This document shows positions 58,362 through 64,000 of a stretch of 64,000 nt of DNA, piece after piece. The stretch is from positions 1,696,001 through 1,760,000 of the forward strand of contig OZ243927.1 of NCBI GenBank assembly GCA_965213925.1, written 5' to 3'. Below the pieces are notes generated by a model that did not search any database, had not been told where the DNA came from, and worked only from the letters and a program-made list of their open reading frames with translations. Position 1 is the stretch's first letter. The number at the start of each line of letters is the position of its first letter. The position numbers and the translations under genes are program-made. This stretch comes from Trueperaceae bacterium (GTDB taxonomy: Bacteria > Deinococcota > Deinococci > Deinococcales > Trueperaceae).

Positions 58362-60473
58362 ATGCGACAATTCCACCGATGTTTCTTCTTACTCGTGCTC
58401 ATCGTTTTGGCGTCATGTGACGAGATAGAGGGCGGCGACAACGTCGTAGACGACGGCAGCCCGACTATCGTGAGTTTTACGCCCTCTCCCGGCGAGGTGA
58501 ACCCCGGCGAAAGCGCCACGCTCTCGTGGAGCGTCAGCGACGCGACGTCCATCGTTATAGATAACGGCATCGGCGACGTAACCTCGGACGCGGACAATCA
58601 GTTCACCGTAACGCCTACACAGACGACGACCTACACCCTGACCGCGACGAACGCGCAAGGTGAAGACGTCGAGCAAGCGAGGGTCGTCGTGAGCGGCGAT
58701 ACGCCGCCCCCACCCCCACCCGGTCAGGACACCGCCGCGCCCACAGGTAGCTTCGGCGTGAGCGAGACGCAAGGTGGGCCCTTCCAGAACGACGAAGCCA
58801 GCAACATTCAAGACGCTTCCGACGATCGCATCGTCGCAGTCCAGCCCGGCAATACGTTCTACGCCCAGGTCGATTACAGCGATCCGAGTGGCATCACGGA
58901 CATCAACATCAGCCTCGTCAACAGCGACCCGCCCAACATCAGGGGCGAACTCGACCCGAGCGACCCCCAGCTAGGCTACTTCACCAAGGGTGAGCCCGTA
59001 GGACCCTGCACGCTCTCGAGCACCCAAACCGACGTGACCTGCGTCTATCCGATCACGGTCTCAGACGACGCGGTCAACATCACCGAACTCGACAACCCCG
59101 ACGACGAGTTCGCCTACGTGTTCCGCACGCTCGTGACGGACGGCGCGGGGAACACGTCCGAAGAGCTTATCCGGGGTTATGTGATTGTGGACGGCGACGG
59201 CGATCCGACTGATCCGACCGACCCGACTGATCCCACAGACCCGACCGACCCGACTGACCCTACAGACCCGACTGATCCGACTGATCCGCCCGAGGAGAAT
59301 AGCGCTCCGGAGGTGAGCATCGAACAGGTTGATGAGCTGACGCTGAACGACGACGGCACGGTGACGACGAGCTTAGACGCCACCGTGACCGACGAGGAGA
59401 ACGACACGCTCAGGTATCAGTGGAGCCTCACGCAAGGTAACTTCAACAACGTGACCTTCGCGGCAGAGACGAACGTAGACACGGACGTTACTTTTAACTC
59501 AGCGGGAGAATACACCTTACAGCTCACGGCGACCGATGTAAACGATGACGGGAGCTTCGGCTCCGGTACGGTGGACGTTACCGTTGTGGGCGGTGACTCA
59601 GCCGAGCCACCTCCACCCGCTAATCAAGAACCTGTTGCTGACTTCTCCTGGCAGCAACAGGAAGGGTCGCTCAACGTCCGGTTCAACGCTTCATCGTCCA
59701 GTGACCCTGACGGTACAATCGATTTGTACAGTTGGGACTTCGGCGACGGAAGCAACACGACGACGGACGGGGCTGTTTTCACCAAGACATACAGCGAAGC
59801 CGGTGACTACGAGGTTTCGCTGACCGTCACGGATGATGGCAGCGCGACGAGCGCGGCGAATACGCAGACCGTCACGGTCGAAGAGGTCGACGCGGACGAA
59901 GCACCCGAAATCGTCTTCTTCACCGCCAACCCGAACCCCGCTGCTCCTGACGAGGAGGTCACGCTCGCCTGGGAGATAGATGGCGAGGTGACGTCACTCA
60001 CGACGCTGGATTTGGAAAACGACAGCGATAGGGACGTGACGGGTGAGACGAGCACGGTCGTGCAGGTGCCAACAAGCCGAACGTTTAGGCTTATTGCTGC
60101 CTATGGCGACGGTGAAGAAGTAACTGAAGACGTCACTCTGAATATCAGCGAGGGCGCTGTCGTACCGCCTGACGACGCCCTCGACGCCGTCAATGACGAG
60201 GTCCCGGAAGCTGGGGAGGAAATGTCTGACACGTATGAGGTCGACGTTATCGTCAATGACACCTATCCGGAGAGTGAGTTTCCCAACATCTCAGTGGCGA
60301 GCCTGCCCGCGAACGGCGAAGCTTACGAAGACGACGACAAGATTTACTATGTAGCGAACGACGGCTTTAATGGTGTCGATACCTTCGAGTACAAGCTTAC
60401 GCTAACGGACCGACAGGCTGGCACCGTGCTTTCTGACACGGCGACCGTCACTGTCAACGTGGGACAGAACTAA
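58362..60473 (+). CDS. Acidic surface lipoprotein with Ig-like/PKD domains and a DPT-repeat linker
   Basis: SD ggagg, lipobox LASC; PKD motif SSDPDGTI..YSWDFGDG; C-terminal AVND..NDT..DTFEY Ig-like domain. Confidence 0.85.
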   Translation: MRQFHRCFFLLVLIVLASCDEIEGGDNVVDDGSPTIVSFTPSPGEVNPGESATLSWSVSDATSIVIDNGIGDVTSDADNQFTVTPTQTTTYTLTATNAQGEDVEQARVVVSGDTPPPPPPGQDTAAPTGSFGVSETQGGPFQNDEASNIQDASDDRIVAVQPGNTFYAQVDYSDPSGITDINISLVNSDPPNIRGELDPSDPQLGYFTKGEPVGPCTLSSTQTDVTCVYPITVSDDAVNITELDNPDDEFAYVFRTLVTDGAGNTSEELIRGYVIVDGDGDPTDPTDPTDPTDPTDPTDPTDPTDPTDPPEENSAPEVSIEQVDELTLNDDGTVTTSLDATVTDEENDTLRYQWSLTQGNFNNVTFAAETNVDTDVTFNSAGEYTLQLTATDVNDDGSFGSGTVDVTVVGGDSAEPPPPANQEPVADFSWQQQEGSLNVRFNASSSSDPDGTIDLYSWDFGDGSNTTTDGAVFTKTYSEAGDYEVSLTVTDDGSATSAANTQTVTVEEVDADEAPEIVFFTANPNPAAPDEEVTLAWEIDGEVTSLTTLDLENDSDRDVTGETSTVVQVPTSRTFRLIAAYGDGEEVTEDVTLNISEGAVVPPDDALDAVNDEVPEAGEEMSDTYEVDVIVNDTYPESEFPNISVASLPANGEAYEDDDKIYYVANDGFNGVDTFEYKLTLTDRQAGTVLSDTATVTVNVGQN
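59202..59288 (+). repeat. Coding 9-bp tandem repeat, (DPT)x9 + DP
   Basis: gaYccNacN units with synonymous third-position variation. Confidence 0.9.
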
Positions 60474-60495
60474 TACGGATTCGGCTCAACCCCTC

Positions 60496-60547
60496 AGCAC
60501 TTAGGAAAGACCATACCGCTCCGTCGGTATGGTCTTTCCTAAGTGCT
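60496..60547. terminator. Perfect 23-bp-stem hairpin between convergent genes
   Basis: agcacttaggaaagaccataccg-ctccgt-cggtatggtctttcctaagtgct. Confidence 0.7.
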
Positions 60548-60677
60548 AAAGCGTATTACCCAGGTTAGAGCACCGTTCGTTTGCTGCGCAAGACCGTTCT
60601 ACGTGAGGACTTACGTACACCAGCCCTGTGCCCCGTATGGGGTATGACTGGACTCAAAGGTCGTTCATTCCCGGAAG

Positions 60678-62321
60678 CTAGTGGGAGCAAAGCGACGGGC
60701 TCTTAGCCTTCCACACCAACCACTTCTTCCATGTGCGCCCCACGTCCGCCTGGGCTGGCAGGGGCTGCGTGAGCTTGTAGATAGTCAGCTCGACCAGCGC
60801 TTCGTCCGGCGCGTGTTCGCAGTTCCACTTCGCCGCTAGCGCGCGGCCTAAAGCGTCGAAAAGCGCCTCCTCGTCGTCGTAAGAGTTCGCTTTCGCCATC
60901 GCCAAGCGCCACTTGCTGTTTTCCTCAAAGAGCGCGTTGGGTCTCTCTTGGTGCGCCCAGACGACGGGACCGCCCTCTTGCAGCGTGTCGACCCAGGTGC
61001 CGTTGGCGAGTTGCGCCTTGGCGACGTACCAGGTTGCGACTGTACTAGGGTTGGTGAATAGCCCCCAGTTCTGGTACAGGTTGAGCCCTCGGATGAGCGT
61101 CCAACTATGGGGTGGATACGTCAGCTTAACGATGTTCATGCTCTCTAATCCGGTCGCCACGGTGAGCGCGGCGAAAATTAACGCGAGCGTCGTGGCTAGC
61201 GCGGTACTCGCCGCCTCTCCCGCTGTGCGGATTGCTCCCTTGGCGCGGCGGTCGCCCTGCTCTACGTTTGCGCCCGGCACATCCGGTCTACCGAATAACG
61301 TAGCGGCGCGTCGCCCTAGTCGCGTTGACGTGAGTTTCGACGACAACGTTGCAACTAAGGTTATGAGGGGACGCAGCGCTCGAGCCGAGTCGTCCCAGAA
61401 CGCAGTCGGGAGTAGCGCGAGTAGGCCGGCGCTCGCGTAGAACATGAAAAAGCCGACGTCGAGCATGGTGTGAATGCCTAGATTCAGGGCGAGCAGACCC
61501 AGCACCGCTAGCGCGCGGAGCCGGCCGCGCCAGAGCGGAACGAAAAAGAGCAGGGGCAAGATGATCTCTGCCCAGGGCGTGGCGAGCGACATGAGGTGCA
61601 AGAGCGGTTCGAACTGAGCGAACCAGAGCCCGAGCGGACGAACGAGCATGTTCATGTCGAAGACGTTGCGCAGCGCGGTGCCGTTTTGCCAAAAGCTGCT
61701 GCCCAGCTTCGACGCACCCGAGGCGATGTAGAGCACCGCCATCTGCGTGAGCAGCCACAAAAAGCCTACGTAGGCAACCGGGGCAACTGGGGCAACCGGG
61801 CTTTGCGTGCGGGGCGCGTTGCGCACTCTGCCGAACGGATGCGACAGCGGCAGCCACGCCGCGATCAGCAAGAGGATGGGCGCGAGCTTGTCGCCGCCGT
61901 AATGCAGGAGGGGGTTGCGTAACACGAGTGACAGCATGAGCACCCAACTGAGCAAACTGACTAGGCGCGTCCGGTAGCCGACGAGCAGCGCGAACGCCAG
62001 CACAATCTGGAAGAGGAGCAGGGCGTAGAGGAGCCCTGGGCTCAAGAAGTGCAGCGACCAGTAGTACGCCCGCACGCCGAACAGCGTCTCCCAAATCTCT
62101 TGTGGAAGGATGCCGTCCTCGCTATAGAAGTAGGGCGCGTTTCTCAAGCGTTGCGTGAGGTCTAAAAGCAACCCTAGCGCCAACATGACGCGGAAAGCGA
62201 CCAGAGAGCGACGGTCGGGCTGAAAGTTGCGCTGAACCGCACGCTGGAGGTCTAGCCACAACCTCCCTAGCGGTGCGCGTCTCGCCGCATCTTCTTTTGC
62301 GTTCGCCAGGTGCAGCTTCAT
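60678..62321 (-). CDS. HTTM-domain membrane protein
   Basis: DRRSLVAFRV, FYSEDGILP, LVGYRTR, LRNPLL..GGD, YIASGASK..W.NGTAL, YQNWGLF. Confidence 0.8.
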   Translation of the reverse strand: MKLHLANAKEDAARRAPLGRLWLDLQRAVQRNFQPDRRSLVAFRVMLALGLLLDLTQRLRNAPYFYSEDGILPQEIWETLFGVRAYYWSLHFLSPGLLYALLLFQIVLAFALLVGYRTRLVSLLSWVLMLSLVLRNPLLHYGGDKLAPILLLIAAWLPLSHPFGRVRNAPRTQSPVAPVAPVAYVGFLWLLTQMAVLYIASGASKLGSSFWQNGTALRNVFDMNMLVRPLGLWFAQFEPLLHLMSLATPWAEIILPLLFFVPLWRGRLRALAVLGLLALNLGIHTMLDVGFFMFYASAGLLALLPTAFWDDSARALRPLITLVATLSSKLTSTRLGRRAATLFGRPDVPGANVEQGDRRAKGAIRTAGEAASTALATTLALIFAALTVATGLESMNIVKLTYPPHSWTLIRGLNLYQNWGLFTNPSTVATWYVAKAQLANGTWVDTLQEGGPVVWAHQERPNALFEENSKWRLAMAKANSYDDEEALFDALGRALAAKWNCEHAPDEALVELTIYKLTQPLPAQADVGRTWKKWLVWKAKSPSLCSH

Positions 62322-62335
62322 ACGCGGGGCTGCGG

Positions 62336-64000
62336 CTATTTTTGAGTTTCCGGGGTGGGAGTGCTGCCGAGCGCGTCCACCTCGTAGCTCAAGCGCTGCA
62401 CTTCGGACTGCGTCTTGGCTAGCTCCCCTTGGAGGTCCTCTAAACGTCCCAACTCGCTCCGCACGAAACGGGTGTAGGGGCTGATTGCGGCGTTCACCTT
62501 GTCGGTGGCGCGGCGCAGCTCGTCTCCAAACTGCGCGCCTAAGCGCTCCTCCAAGCCGTCCCGTAGCGCTTGCATCCGCTCGTGGAGGTCGCGTTTGGCG
62601 GCGCGGCGTCGGCGCGGCAGCACGAGAAGACCCAAGCTCGTCACGGCGAGCCCCGCGACGACGCCTGTGACGTCCAAAGCTGCGCCCGATAAAAAGGCAA
62701 CTGCCGCTGCCCCCAAGCCGATGCCGCCCACCTGGATCAGTCCGGTCTGCATAACCGCGCCCTGCAGCGAATTCGCCAGGCGACGCGACTCGGCGTTCTC
62801 GTCGTAGGTCTCTAAAATTTCTTCGGCGCTGCTGCCGAGCGAGCGGATCAGCGCGTCGCGGTCGTACTGAAACTTGCCGCCGACCTCGCCCATGACCCCC
62901 TCGCGGCTCGACTTGCGCCGCTCCTTCACGAACGCCATCACGTCTTCCCAGAGCTGCAAGTTGCGCTGGATAAACCAGTCCACCATCTCGCTGACGGCCC
63001 GGTCGATGTCACGGTCCGCGCCCCGGATGACCTGCGCCTCGAACTGCTCGCGTATGCGCTCAGAATTGATCAAGCTGCCGACCTTTTGTATGCGTATGGT
63101 GTCGTCGAAGAAAACCTCGCCGCGCCGCTCGACCTCTAGGAGCACGGTCTTGACCCGCGCCAGGTAGCTCTCGAACTCGCGCTGCATGTCGCGCTCGAAC
63201 TGCTTGAGCTGCCTGTCCACCGCGTCCAAGGTGCGGCGGTCGTCGCCGAGCAGGACGAGGCGCTCGCTGATCACGTCGCGGTAGGTGCTCGAGACCCGCT
63301 TGGCGATTCCCAAGGGCGTACCCAACTTGAGCTTGAGGCGCTCTTCGGCGGCTAAGGCGGTCTCGATGTAGCGCTCGAGTTCCCGTAGCCCGGTTTCCTG
63401 AAGCGCCGCGTCGTCTCGGTCTTGCCGCGCTCTAAACGCATCTCGAGCCGCCACGCCGAAGACCTCGGGGGTTACGTCCAGCGTTTTATGGGCGTGCTCG
63501 CTCACGAACGACAGGACCTTCTGCCGCTCCGCGTCGCCCAAAATATCGATCTTGTTGACGACGACGACGACCTTCTTGCCCCACGAGCGGATCAGCTCCA
63601 AAAAGCCCCGCTCGCTCTCGGTGAAGGGTCTGTCGGCGGAGGTGACGAAGAGCACCAGGTCGGCGCGGGGGATAAAGCCCTCCGTCAGCTCCTGGTGCTG
63701 GCGGATAACCGCATTCGTGCCGGGCGTGTCGACCAGCGCGACCTCGCGCAAGATGTCGGCGGGATACTCGCGCCGCACCACGAAGCCGCGCTCCTCGGTG
63801 ACGCGCTCCTCCTTGCCGTACGAGACGATGGTGATGCGGTCCGTGGTGGGCGTGACGCCTTCGGGCATGACGTGTGCGCCCAAAAGCGCATTGACAAAGG
63901 TGGACTTGCCCGCGTTGTATTCGCCGCACACGACTAGCAGGAACAGACCCTCCAGGTCACGCAACGCCCTCTTAATTTCTTCTACGTCGCGCGGCGCGGC
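62336..64000 (-). CDS. Bacterial dynamin-like GTPase (5' end outside the window)
   Basis: GEYNAGKS, GVTPTT, LVDTPG, VVNKID, a long helical stalk and a hydrophobic paddle. Confidence 0.9.
   Translation of the reverse strand, partial: AAPRDVEEIKRALRDLEGLFLLVVCGEYNAGKSTFVNALLGAHVMPEGVTPTTDRITIVSYGKEERVTEERGFVVRREYPADILREVALVDTPGTNAVIRQHQELTEGFIPRADLVLFVTSADRPFTESERGFLELIRSWGKKVVVVVNKIDILGDAERQKVLSFVSEHAHKTLDVTPEVFGVAARDAFRARQDRDDAALQETGLRELERYIETALAAEERLKLKLGTPLGIAKRVSSTYRDVISERLVLLGDDRRTLDAVDRQLKQFERDMQREFESYLARVKTVLLEVERRGEVFFDDTIRIQKVGSLINSERIREQFEAQVIRGADRDIDRAVSEMVDWFIQRNLQLWEDVMAFVKERRKSSREGVMGEVGGKFQYDRDALIRSLGSSAEEILETYDENAESRRLANSLQGAVMQTGLIQVGGIGLGAAAVAFLSGAALDVTGVVAGLAVTSLGLLVLPRRRRAAKRDLHERMQALRDGLEERLGAQFGDELRRATDKVNAAISPYTRFVRSELGRLEDLQGELAKTQSEVQRLSYEVDALGSTPTPETQK

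Noticed and set aside
59202..59288. Short tandem repeats as a CRISPR array or contingency locus
   Set aside because: In-frame 9-bp units with synonymous variation and no spacers; a DPT protein linker.
62336..64000. Dynamin-like gene as part of an antiphage system
   Set aside because: Housekeeping-type context far from the island, and any partner genes would lie outside the window.

Overview
GC-rich bacterial chromosome segment, most likely Deinococcota and Truepera-like. This is an inference from the gene set and from many genes carrying a TAnnnT -10 box 6-8 nt before the start codon. Four zones. (1) 0.1-6.4 kb: a minus-strand stress/small-molecule cluster (ASRT, CYP152 peroxygenase, MRJP/yellow lipoprotein, PRTase, dodecin, USP, BON remnant, degenerate GGDEF). 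(2) ~6.5-32.8 kb: a decaying defence island with a tyrosine-recombinase remnant, a DUF3037 remnant, a candidate ~60-nt sRNA, an M50 peptidase, an AddB/AddA-like pair, GmrSD, an ADP-ribosylglycohydrolase, a DUF433/DUF5615 TA pair, a Fic remnant, a 1504-aa SF1 helicase-nuclease, and a type III-like res(frameshifted)-fourhelix-mod operon coupled to a RelE-like/UvrD fusion. (3) 33-39 kb: a BTAD/NB-ARC/TPR regulator between two lipoprotein serine proteases. (4) 39-64 kb: housekeeping genes (rnr, HIT, secDF, lycopene cyclase, paaK-like, argB, OCD, nfi, pheA and others), Ig/PKD lipoproteins, an HTTM protein and a dynamin-like gene, interspersed with a modular MITE/REP family. Best leads: the RM-coupled RelE-UvrD fusion, the heptamer-repeat-flanked four-helix-bundle cassette, a signal-peptide uORF before secDF (candidate arrest peptide) and the promoter-to-terminator sRNA at 7303-7362. 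No rRNA, tRNA or CRISPR array was recognised. All family calls come from motif recognition by eye; no searches were run.
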